Shown: piece after piece, positions 37,636 to 49,021 of the stretch
Layout: the number at the start of each line of letters is the position of its first letter
How positions within the stretch are numbered: position 1 is the first letter of the stretch
Assembly: GCF_006345805.1 (NCBI RefSeq)
Contig: NC_043011.1
Span: forward strand, 52,464,464 to 52,528,463
Length of the DNA: 64,000 nucleotides
Reading direction: 5' to 3'
Source of the DNA: Octopus sinensis
Taxonomy: Eukaryota
Notes under the pieces: model-generated
Seen by the model: only the letters and a program-made list of their open reading frames with translations
The model's database searches: none
What the model was told of the DNA's origin: nothing
Position numbers and translations under genes: made by a program

Positions 37636-37845
37636 CCCTTTCATTACTGCATTTATTTTGAGATGCTCTGTATTTCTTTCAATTACTTTAAATATAACAA
37701 AGAATTTAGTAAAATAACTTAGTTATCATTCAGCTAGTGTTAGGAACATAAATTGTGACTAAGGTTTGGTGGAAGATTTCAATTCAAAACTTATGAAAAC
37801 AAGACATTTGTACTCAGAGCCAGACCCGGGTTAGTAATGAAAGGG
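37636..37845. mobile_element. piggyBac-like MITE
   Basis: TTAA|ccctttcattac ... gtaatgaaaggg|TTAA with perfect 12-bp TIRs. Confidence 0.88.
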
Positions 37846-40535
37846 TTAATGCCTCATTTCCTGCCTCCCTTCTAACTTTAGGCCCATTCAGTCAAAGGGG
37901 TAGCTTGGTCTTGCAAGTTGGTGGCAAGAAAGGAACACTCAATGCACTTTGTTGGGCAGTTGGTTTTATGAAGGACATCTAGCCATAGAAACTATGCCAA
38001 AAGAGAGGTCAACTTTGCCTTTCATCCTTTCAGGGTCGATAAATTAAGTACCAGTTATGCACTGGGGTCGATCTAATCAACTTAATCTCTTTGTCTGTCC
38101 TTGTTTAGCCCCTTATGGGCAATAAAGAAATAAGAAACTATGCCAAAAGCGGGCATTGAAGCATGATGCAGTCTTTGGAACATTTAGATCTTGTCAGTCT
38201 ATCCATTCCATGCTATGCCAGCATAGAACATAGACATTCTGTCCATAGTGTCACCACTGAAGAGTTCATCATCATTAATATATTCAGTTTGTGAACAATT
38301 TGACTAATTGGTTGAGTTGCTGGAGCATTAGAGAGAATGCCTTGAAATGTTTGTTCCTGTTGTTTGTAAGTTTAATTCCACTAAGGTCAACTTCATCTTT
38401 CATCTTTTAGGGGTTGATAATATACCAGCCCAAGGTTGTAAATTGGTGGAATTATTAAAGTGTCAAACAGGATAATTTGGGGGGATTTGTTCTAGTTCTT
38501 TGCATTCTGAGTTCAAATTCCACCCCCTGTTGCCTGAAAAATGGGTCACTTGAGATCTGGCAAAAAAAAAAAAGGATTGTGACAGGCTCTGGAAGTCTTT
38601 AAGCAAGTGCACTAAATATTTTTAGCTTTATAATTCTCAAGGGCAGCACATCTGCTGGCAAGGGAGAAAGAAAGGGACCTTTTAAGTCCTGTGCAATTTC
38701 TCTCTTCCCCTTCTATCTCTTTTTTTTTCTCTCTCTCTCTTTGAAAGATAGATAATGCTAAAGAAGTTTTGCTAGTTGAAAAATGTGTGAAGAAGTTTTG
38801 CTGGTTCGTAAAGGTAGATAGACCGAGAGGGAGTGAAAGAAGTGTGAAAAAGATAGATTTTACTGATTCAGATAAATAGATAAAGAGAGATCTTGAAGCT
38901 TCACAATTCACTGGATCTTTACTGCAATGGCAAAATTACTACATCACAGATTAGAGATTATTTTCTGTTTCACAACAGGGGGAGAGAGACATATCAGAAA
39001 AAGATATTTTATTGGCTAGAGCTGTTGTCTGTTTGAGAAAGAGACAGAGGAGAGATAGTGATATATATATTTTTATATATATATATGAAATATATGTTTA
39101 TATATTTCTGGCTCAACAACAGAGCAATGTCTATTTTTGTCAGCAATAACCCAGAAAGCATAATGAGCAATTCTTCAAAAACCTTCATGTGAGGCGAGAA
39201 TACACAAAGGAAAATGGAGGAATGTTTTTATGTCTGCTAAAACACACTTAGTTTATTCAAATAGATTTTCAATAGTAGGTGGATTTTGGTTAATAGATTC
39301 CATCTTCGCAAAAACAAAAAACAAAACAAAACAAAACAAAAAAACACTGCATTTTATACATACACACGCATATGTATTTATTTATATATATATATATATA
39401 CTTCATTTCAAGAACTGTTTATAAACCAGAGGGGAAGAAAAGATATAGAGTCAGATTAACGTGTTATTTAGAGCTGAAAAGTAGATCGAAGGTTGTAGAA
39501 ATACCACCAGATGTGAAGGTCATTTCTGAAAAATTACTAAATATGTTACTAACAGTCAGTACTAAAAGAAATGGGTGATGTACTGGAATATAAATCAGTT
39601 CACCAATACTACTGTAATATACCTCATCAGTATCATTGTATGCTGCTACCTTCTTTCCATGACCCACCCAACCACTTATATTCAACTACCACACACCAGT
39701 GAAGAAACCTATAGGTAGTTTGCTCATCCTGCTAGAAATAACAGCTGGATTCCCCTCATTAATCTCTTCCATATTTTTATTTATGTTCTTCCAATTCGTC
39801 TGGGTTGTCATTTAGTATCCCTCAGAGGTAAAGGAGCCAACATCTTTCCATTCTTCATCATTCTGCTGTTTAGCCCCAAGTTAGCTCTGATCCAGTTGAT
39901 CTTTCTAACAGCCAGAATACTTCTGTCAAGGGCAGAGACTGCAGTTATTAGCTTTGAAGACATAATTATAGACCAATGTTACATAAATCCTATAATTAAT
40001 GGTACATTTGTTAATGTGCTGAAGACGATTATATGTTATTGTGGATTGTAGAAGAAACCCATGTCAGAAAACCATTAATATTTCTCTCCAAGATGGTGAA
40101 CTAGCAGAATTGTTTGCATGTCAGACAAAATGCATAGTAGCATCTCTTCCTACTCATTCTGTTCTGAGTTCAAATTCCACTGAGGTTGACCTTGTTTTTT
40201 TTTTTTCCACTGGGACCAGTAAAATAAGGTATCACATACCGGTGCTGATGTAATTGACTCCCACCTCCCTTCAAAATTTCTGGCCATGTGCCAAAATTAG
40301 AATCTCTTGTATTTCTAAAAAATGATTAGATTTTAACTGGGAGTGCTAATCCTCATATTTCCTGGTTACACCCAAATAGTTCATCTAATCTGAGAAAGAC
40401 TCAATCAAGTCAATGAGGTAATTTCTATGTGATCACTCAACCTGCTAGAAATAGTAGCAAAATCTCCCTCAAAATACACCCTATGTTTTGAAAAAACAAA
40501 AGCAATGCATATTGGCGATTGTAGTCCTAGAGACA

Positions 40536-40815
40536 TCATCATCATCACCATCATCGTTTAACGTCTGCTTTCCATGCTAGCATGGGTTGGACGATTTGAC
40601 TGAGGTCTGGCGAACCAGATGGCTGCACCAGACTCCAATCTGATCTGGCAGAGTTTCTACAGCTGGATGCCCTTCCTAACACCAACCACTCCGAGAGTGT
40701 AGTGGGTGCTTTTACGTGCCACCGGCATGTGGGCCAGTCAGGCAGTACTGGCAACGGCCATGCTCAAATGGTGCTTTTTATGTGCCACCTGCACAGGAGC
40801 CAGTCCAGACACTGT
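40536..40815 (-). mobile_element. Family C RTE 3'-UTR copy
   Basis: (CAT)n-cgtttaacgtc...ggatgcccttcctaac... Confidence 0.85.
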
Positions 40816-42304
40816 GTATGAAAAGATACACAGCATAACCACAGTCCATTGACTGAAACAAAAGAATAAAAGAATGACTGGAACATCTTTGAACAAGTGT
40901 CTTCTGCCATTGCCCTTGGTTGACCAATATCTTTTGAATGGAATATCAGTAGCTGACACTGTGGGAGCCTGTAGCAGGCATGCATGCTTGTGTGTGTTGT
41001 GAGACCTTAGATATGCACAGAGAATCTTGCTTCAATCTGTGTTGGCAGAGCAGTGTTGTGGTTGCAGAGGCCCCCATGTTAGACTATGGCTGTCTGTGTT
41101 GTGATATCACAGAGCGACAACACTGGTTTGTCCTTTCTTTGAAGGCCTGAGCAACATTGTATAAAAGATCAGCAGTTGCCCTCACAAGAGATCTCCCTTT
41201 TCTATCCCATTCATGATATCCAAAGGTAGAAGAACACCTGATACAGCTTGGCAGTAATGTTGTTACAGGAGTTTCCACAATAAACATGAAGACATCATAA
41301 AATTTCCCTAGAGACTGTAGCTCCAGATTTCTCCCCAGGGTTTAGTTTGACCCCTTTCCCATGATTGGATATGGCCACAGGGCTGTAGTGTTTTGAAATC
41401 AGTGTTTCCTTTCTCTTATAACAAGTTCTATCTGCTTGAAGCAACAGTTTTATGACAGCAAGATACCTATTTTTGCCCTTTCTCACATCAGTATAAACAG
41501 TTCCACCAGACTTTGTACATATGTATATATATATATGTGTGTGTTTGTATGTGTGCATGTCCCGCAGCATGGTATCTTGGGCAAGTGGCTTCTACTATAG
41601 CCTCCAGTCAAACAAAAAAAAAAAAAACCTGAGGATATTTGGTAAATGGAAACTGAAAGAAGCTCAGTGTGTGTGTGTACACATCATCAGCATCATCATC
41701 GTTTAACGTCTGTTTTCCATGCTGGCATGGATTGGACAGTTTGATTGAGGTCTGGAGAGCCAGCGTCTGCACCAGACTCCAATCTGATTTGGCAATGTTT
41801 CTACAGCTTGATGCCTTTCCTAATGCCAACCACTCTGAGAGTGTAGTGGGTGCTTTTTACGTGCCACCGGCACAGGAGCCAGTTGGGCAGGCCTGGCATC
41901 AATCATGTTTAGATATTGCTTTTTATGTGCTATCGGCACTGGGCCAGTCAGTGGGTACTGGCATCAGTCACATTTAGATGGTGCTTTTTTATGTGCCACT
42001 GGCATGGGGGCCAGTCAAGGGGTACTAGCATATATATATATTTATATATATATATATATTATGTATGTATCTATCTGTGTGTTTGTATTTACCTACCACA
42101 CAGCTTGATGCTGGTGTTGGTTTGTTTATATCCCTGTAACTTAGCACTTCAGTAAAAGAGGGCAGTAGAATAAGTATCAGACTTAGAAAAGAAAAATAAG
42201 TACTGGGGTTGATTTGTATGACAAAAATCTTTCAAGGTGGTACCCCAGCATGGCCACAGTCTTGTGAATGAAAGAAGTAAAAGATAAAGATATATGTGTA
42301 TATA

Positions 42305-42540
42305 TCTGAAGGCGGCGAGCTGGCAGAAACAGCATGCCGGGCGAAATGCGTTGCCGTATTTCGTCTGCCGTTACGTTCCGAGTTCAAATTCCGCCGAGGT
42401 CGACTTTGCCTTTCATCCTTCCGGGGTCGATAAATTAAGTACCAGTTACGCACTGGGGTCGATGTAATCGACTTAATCCGTTTGTCTGTCCTTGTTTGTC
42501 CTCTCTGTGTTTAGCCCCTTGTGGATAGTAAAGAAATATA
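42305..42540 (+). mobile_element. SINE family B, young full-length copy (tRNA head plus Meta-domain-like core)
   Basis: gaaggcggcgagctggcagaa...gagttcaaattcc (B-box)...gaggtcgactttgcctttcatccttccggggtcgataaattaagtaccag. The core resembles the recalled MetaSINE central domain; not verified by search. Confidence 0.85.
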
Positions 42541-42574
42541 TATGTGTATACACACATACATGCATGTATGTATG

Positions 42575-42607
<33 letters not shown>

Positions 42608-43551
42608 GATAAGTGCTGTAAAGATCAGGAATATAGAAAATGAAAAAATAATTGGTAGAATTGGTTACATACAATAATATTCAAACGTAAAAAGTAACTC
42701 TTTAGAACTTTCAAGTTTGTCTTGTTTTTCTTTTTCCTTTTTTTTTTCCATAAAAGCCTAAGTATTTGAAGTGTCAAGAATTATTAAATGGTTGAGGGGG
42801 GGGTCAAGTAATTTGGATGTCAGCTCAAATAAACTACAGCATAGAAAGAAGTGGGATATTTTACTGGACTTCTTTTCATGTTTCTTCCTTTGACATTTCA
42901 TGTTTATATCAAGCCTTTGTTAACAGGGGTTTGCATATCTCTGAAACACACTCACAGATACTTACAAACACTCCAAAAGTGAGCGAGAATCTAGTTTGGC
43001 AAGTTGCCAATCTACATTAGCCTAGATTATATATATCTTCAGGGAGGAGTTCAGTTCCTGTTGTATGAATGTATAAATAACACAGTTCTGTTTACTTTAC
43101 TTTCTTCTTCATAGAGGTAAAAATAACTGCCATGTTTTAGCACAGTGATGGTAAACATCATTTCCTTTGTCATTTATCCATCAATTTAAAGTATGTCATC
43201 ATCATTCATCCCTTTTACTTCAATGCAAAAAAAAAAAAAAAGAAGTTGGTGTAGTGATACAAGAGAAAGGATGATGGTGCAGCTTTGCAATTAAAGTCTG
43301 GAATGACAGAATTAATACTTGGCTGCGTGGTTAAGAAGCTTACTTTGCAGACACATGGTTTTAGATTCAGCCCCACTGTACGGAATCTTGGGCAGATGTC
43401 TTCTACAGTCTCGGATCAACCAAATACCTTGTGAGGGAATTTGGTGGATGGAAACTGTGAGGAAACGTGCATCTGTGTGTCTGTGTGTGTGAGTGTATCA
43501 TCATCATCATCATCGTTTAATGTCTGGTCTCCGTACTGCCATAAGTTGGAC

Positions 43552-43752
43552 CAGTGCTTTTCAAACTTTTTGCTGGAGCGGAACCCCAAGGAAACATTCC
43601 ACTCGCTCGAGGAACCCCTGTGCAATAATTTAATAGTCTTATGCACACATAATCGCACAGGAGAATTAAAAATTACTGCCGATTTTAGCAGTTTTGTAAC
43701 TTCTTGCGGAACCCCTGGACTGTACTGGCGGAACCCTAGTTGAAAACCACTG
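43552..43752. mobile_element. hAT (Charlie-like) MITE nested in a family C copy
   Basis: TIRs cagtgcttttcaaact and agttgaaaaccactg; 8-bp TSD agttggac / agttagac. Confidence 0.85.
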
Positions 43753-44226
43753 AGTTAGACAGTTTGACATGGTGCCAGCTAGCAAGGAGCTGTCTGGACT
43801 CCAACTGTCTGTTGTGGCATGGACAGTTGATGTCCTACTAGCCAGCTCCACATATATATATGTGTGTGTGTGTGTGTATAACGAAGGAGAGATTTTGTGT
43901 ATATGTGTGTTATGTTTTATCCCCTGCCACTGCTTCACAACCAGTATTGGTAAGGTATTACAAAGTTATGGTTTTACAAAACTTCTCTGCATCATGATCT
44001 GAAATGTAAGTTTTTTTTTCTACCCTGATGATGGAGGCTCGATTTATTAAATGTTTATTTGCTTCCATTACTGGCTGCATATTTTGGTGAACTACATCTA
44101 CCAACATTATGATGGTTCTCCGAGCCCCCAGATACAGCTGTTGGACTTGTAACACTTAACCTCCTCCTCTTTAATTTTCTCTGTCGTTTGTACTCTCTTT
44201 GTAAGTTTGATCTATTAATATATAAA

Positions 44227-44639
44227 TCTATATATATAAAGCTGAAGTTGTCTGTCTGTGTGTGTGTGTGTGTGTGGCAGGTTTGGTAGCCTTCAACTAA
44301 CACTATCTCCTCCGAGACCCTATGGCGCAAGTTTACCAAATTAAGAGTATGATAGAAGAAGGCTTGCTCTTCATTCCGTAAAAGAAAAAAATTCAAATCA
44401 AACCATGTTAAGACCAAAAATTATTTACGTCAAAGAGGTGCTTTTTTTTCTATGAAAATCCTTATTTTTTATGATTTTTTGACTGCTGTGTCGCCATTTT
44501 TTTATGTATTTCAACCAGAAAAATGTTCACTTAAAGAGAATAACAAGCTATATATAGCAAAATTTTTACATTTCAAAAATTCCAATTCTAAAGGGTTGAA
44601 AAGAAAGCAAACCCGAGCAATGCCGGGCAATACTGCTAG
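44227..44639 (+). mobile_element. Non-autonomous Helitron, family H1
   Basis: A|TCTATATATATAAAG ... cccgagcaatgccggg ... CTAG|T; collinear with 25058-25446. Confidence 0.85.
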
Positions 44640-45808
44640 TATCTATATATTTATACTTAAATATTCCTTGTCTGAAAATCTTCAGTCTTTGCTTTCTTAC
44701 TATTTACATATATACATATAAATATTTTGTATATCTAACCCAAGCTGTAATGTTTAATTTGTTTATCCACATAATTGTGCCCCACCTCTCTCTCTCCATA
44801 CATACATACATACATACATGATGATGATAGTGACATCCACGCATATATTTCCTTTATAAATACTTGAAACCAGCCTCTGATCTATGATATTTCGTGTTTT
44901 CATCTGTACGTGACTGAGTCACTCAAAATATAAGCAGCGCAGGAAATTCTTTTTAATAAAATTCTTTCTTTTGCATTGAAAGATGTTGTGTCTCTGTTTG
45001 TCCCCCACCACTACTTGACAGCCTGTGTTGGTTGGTTTATGCTCTCATAACCTAGCAGTTCAGCACGAGAGACTGATAAAATAAGTATACTCTTTACTCT
45101 TTTACTTGTTTCAGTCATTTGACTGCTGCCATGCTGGAGCACCGCCTTTAATCGAGCAACTTGACCCCGGGACTTACTCTTTGTAAGCCCAGTACTTATT
45201 CTGTCAGTCTCTTTTGCTGAACCGCCAAGTGACGGGGACATAAACACACCATCATCGGTTGTCAAGCGATGTTTGATGGGACAAACACAGACACACGAAC
45301 ATACATGCACACATACATATATATACATATATACGACGGGCTTCTTTCAGTTTCCGTCTACCAAATCCACTCACAAGTGCTGGGGCACCACCTTGAAGAA
45401 CCTTTGGTCAAATGAACTGACCCTTTTTTTTTTTTTTTGAAGCTTGATACTTATCTAAACCACTAATTTATGGGGACGTAAGCACACCAACATCAGTTTT
45501 CAAGCCGAGAGGTGGGGTGGCAAAAGCACACATATGATGGGCTTCTTTCAGTTTCTATTTACCAAATCTACTCGCAAGGCTTTGGTCAGCCCAAGGCTAT
45601 AGTAGAAGACACTCACTCAAGGTGCCACATAGTGGGACTGAACTCAGGACCATGTGGTTGTGTCATTCAATTTTATAATGTTTTATAAATTACACCAGAA
45701 TGCTTGGTATGATATTGGGCAGTTTTCATATCGTGTTACCCTGTGTAAGACAGCAGGTTGTTACTTGAGGGAGATTTTGCTGCTATTTCTAAACAGGTTT
45801 AGAAATAG

Positions 45809-46155
45809 CTACCACCAATCAACAAAAAGGCTGGCCAGGCAGCAAAAACCCTGCGAGAGTCAAGTCTGTTGGTTCGAGGAGCACAACTATTCAACTCCAT
45901 TCCGGTACATGTCAGAAATCTATCAGGATGCAGTGTGGAATCATTCAAATTGCAGCTGGATAGATACTTAAGCACCATTAGAGATGAACCCCATCTCCCA
46001 GGATATACACAACGAGCACAAACTGACTCAAACTCGCTCCTACACATGTCAAAATTAAACAGAGAATACAACCTGACAACCACACCAGACTCTGAGGGTG
46101 GAGTCTTCGACTTGGCCTGAGCATGGACTCAAACTCAAATGAAATGAAATGAAAT
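45809..46155 (+). mobile_element. 3' end of a second CR1-group LINE with (ATGAA)n tail
   Basis: TLRESSLLVRGAQLFNSIPVHVRNLSGCSVESFKLQLDRYLSTIRDEPHLPGY...NSL, ending aaatgaaatgaaatg. Confidence 0.75.
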
Positions 46156-46859
46156 GGTTCAACAACTACTGTTTCATTGGCTTGTTGGTCAGTTTCGTAG
46201 GCTGAACAGTCTCAGAGGCAGACTAACTAAAAAGGCAAAGATAATTTTAGACTCACTATTTTTATAGCATAGAGTTTCTTTTCTGCATCACTCCTACACC
46301 ACAAAATTGAGGGATTGTATAATTGGTGTTGGTGGTGGTAGTGACGTTAATTATTTATTTATTAATTAGTTGTTTATTGAGTGGTATATTACAGTAAGTC
46401 GTGTAAATATTTTGTAGTTTCAGCAGCGAAAATGGCGAATGTGTTATTCTGCAGGCTTGCCACAGAAATGTGGTGATATTGTTGCGGTTCAGAAGCTCAC
46501 TTGGCAACCATGAAGTTTTAGGTTCAGTGTCACTGTGTGGCACCTTGAGCAAGTATCTTCTCCTATAGTCCCTGGCCAACTGAATCATTGTGAGTGACTT
46601 TGATAGCCACAAACTGTATAGAATCCCATCAAATGTGTGTGTGCGTCTTCGTATATGTGTTTGTCCCCTTACTGGTTGACAACCAGTGTTGGTTTGTTTA
46701 TGTACTTGTAACTTCGTAGTGGTTCAGCAAAAGAGACCGATAAAATAAGTGCCTGGCTTAAAAAATAAGTACTGGAGTTATTTTGTTTGACTAAATTCTT
46801 CAAGGTGTTGCTCCAGCATGGCTGCAGTCCAGTGACTCAAACAAAAGATAAAATAGTAA

Positions 46860-47060
46860 TGGCATTTGTTGTTGTTTAGACCCTGGTCAGTTTTAAATCT
46901 ACCAGGACTCTGGTCATAAGCATTCCAGCCATGTATTTTAATGTATCTGGGACTACAGTTTAGATATGACATTCCTTTTATTTCTTTTAAAAGCTATGAG
47001 ATAGGGTGTAATTTGAGAGATATTTGGCTACTATTTCCCGTATGCTAAGGAACCACATAG
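46860..47060 (+). repeat. Ancient interspersed repeat, family D
   Basis: Motifs gatcaaaggcattccagccatgac and gagggagatttggctgctatttctagcagg recur in at least 10 diverged copies (about 16280, 17330, 29560, 32350, 32700, 33030, 39720, 40430, 52760). Confidence 0.6.
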
Positions 47061-47062
47061 AG

Positions 47063-47358
47063 CATTGCTACTCAGAGTGGTGGTCCACGGACCGGTGCCG
47101 GTCCGTGAGCCATCAGCTGCTGGTACGTGGTAAGTTTCCAGAAAAGAAGGAAACATTATAAAATGCTTATGTAATATTGCATTATTTGTTTACAGAATAA
47201 ATGTAAGATGAAAAAAATTGTCAACTTTTATTATATTATATTCATTATATATATATTATTTCCGGTATAAATTAATATTACTAAGAAATATTACTGGTCC
47301 CTGGCACATTGGGAAAAAAACTGCTGATACACCACATCAGATAATTTGAGAAGCACTG
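47063..47358. mobile_element. hAT (Charlie-like) MITE
   Basis: cattgctactcagagtggtggtccacggacc ... tttgagaagcactg. Confidence 0.7.
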
Positions 47359-47415
47359 ACAGAGCATCTTTCTTGTTAGATATGTTGTGGAGATGTCAGT
47401 ATTTGTAGTGAAAAA

Positions 47416-47807
47416 CTAGCAGCATAGCCCGGCATTGCCCGGGTATGTAAGAGCCCCTAGTAGGCAACGACTAATCCCAATCTAGTTCTTTCCCTCTAGG
47501 GAACAAAGGCGCATGCGTAGGTTGCAATGTCTTCTCTTCACTCGAATACTTCTATGTATACGATGTTCCTAGGTGTCTTCCGACAGAAAATGTGTTGCAT
47601 ATAAAAAGCTTAGATTCCCGACCCCATGTCGAATTTATTGATTCTTTTCAGAACTGGGGGAACTTTTCAAAATTTTCGCTGCGTTAGTTTTGAATTATGA
47701 CATTGGGCTATGTGTGTGTCAAGTTTCATCAGAATCGGTTGAAAGTCGTGGTCAGGGTGAGGGTACAACCTGACAGCCACACAAACTGCCGTTTATATAT
47801 AGAGAGA
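47416..47807 (-). mobile_element. Non-autonomous Helitron, family H2
   Basis: Minus strand reads A|TCTCTCTATATATAAAC ... cccgggcaatgccggg ... CTAG|T; the internal sequence differs from H1. Confidence 0.8.
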
Positions 47808-48358
47808 TAACAAGGTGGATTTGGATTATTTAGTTGAGGTTTTTTTTTTCTCTCTGAGTTCAAATCCCAACAAGGTCAACTTTGCCTTCTATTCTCTCAG
47901 GATCGATAAAATAAAGTGCCAATGAAATTGTGGGGACCATTGTAAATTGCTGGATTCCTGCCAAAATTTTGAAACGGTTATTGTTAAGGCAGTGGGCTGG
48001 CAGAATTGTTAGAGTCGTTAGTGTTTTACTCGCGATCATGAGGTCATCGGTTCAATAACTGGACGGGGTAACTTATTGAACAAAGTACTTCATTTCATGC
48101 TGTTCCAGTCAATTCAACCAAAATGAATAACAACCGTGTCCTGCTGCAGCATCTTTCCCTCTGTCGCATCCTATATGTCCCACTGAGTCAAAGATAGGAG
48201 GGTCACGATTACACAGGCACGTAAAAGAATTAGCGAAAGCATGGTACATGCTATCGATACTAGAATCTGGGAAATTTATTGCTAGTTATAGTCTACTTTG
48301 GCAAGATGATAGTTTGTATCATAAGAGAAGGTTTTGGGTGCAGCCCTTTGGAGAAACG

Positions 48359-48958
48359 AACGTAAAGTATACTAGCCATCTCAATATGGCTAACCACTAA
48401 GGGTGGGTGTTACTGTAGCTTTTAGCCCAGGAGATCACCTCCTCCAGCTGGCTTTAGGCACACTTTCTATGCCCTTATGGTATTTGCAAAGGGAGGTCAT
48501 CCCTCTATCGTAAGCCTAAGTGTAGCTTTTAGCCCCAGGAGATCATCGTCTCCAGCTGGCTGAGCGGTTACTGTTTACATCTCGTTCAGAGATTTATTAT
48601 TGCTTGCAGATAGTTTTTCGAAATCAGTGATGGAAGTTACTAGAAAAACCCATAAGTATTTGGAAATAGGTCTTCCTTTCATCGTAAACCGGTGATTACC
48701 GTACGTTGACAAGAGGCAAGTACCTCGAAACTGCAGTCCGTGCGTATCATTTAGGCTTACGAGAGAGGGATGACCTCCCTTTGCAAATACCATAAGGGCA
48801 TAGAAAGTGTGCCTAAAGCCAGCTGGAGACGGTGATCTCCTGGGGCTAAAAGCTACAGTAACACCCACCCTTAGTGGTTAGCCATATTGAGATGGCTAGT
48901 ATACTTTACGTTGTCGAGCGGTTACTGTTTACATGTCGTTCAGAGATTTATTATTGCT
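48359..48958 (+). mobile_element. Retrozyme / Penelope-like element: 354-bp unit with 43-bp terminal redundancy and 5' inverted partial copies
   Basis: X (48562-48604) is repeated at 48916-48958; 48359-48519 is the reverse complement of 48751-48912; 48521-48561 is a third inverted piece; a hammerhead lies at 48700-48744. Confidence 0.75.
48700..48744 (+). ncRNA. Type I hammerhead ribozyme with U3-A8 core variant
   Basis: cgtacg-TTGACAA-gagg(caagta)cctc-GAAA-C(tgca)GT-C-cgtgcg: 6-bp stem I with one U-G, 4-bp stem II, palindromic ACTGCAGT stem III, GUC cleavage triplet. Confidence 0.75.
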
Positions 48959-48966
48959 ATATATAT

Positions 48967-49017
<51 letters not shown>
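48958..49017. repeat. (TA)n microsatellite
   Basis: Directly abuts the retrozyme-like unit. Confidence 0.95.

Positions 49018-49021
<4 letters not shown>

Noticed and set aside
46180-46235. Possible minus-strand hammerhead (ctgagac...cgaaac)
   Set aside because: The core does not fit CUGANGA or a compensated variant, and there is no stem II pairing.
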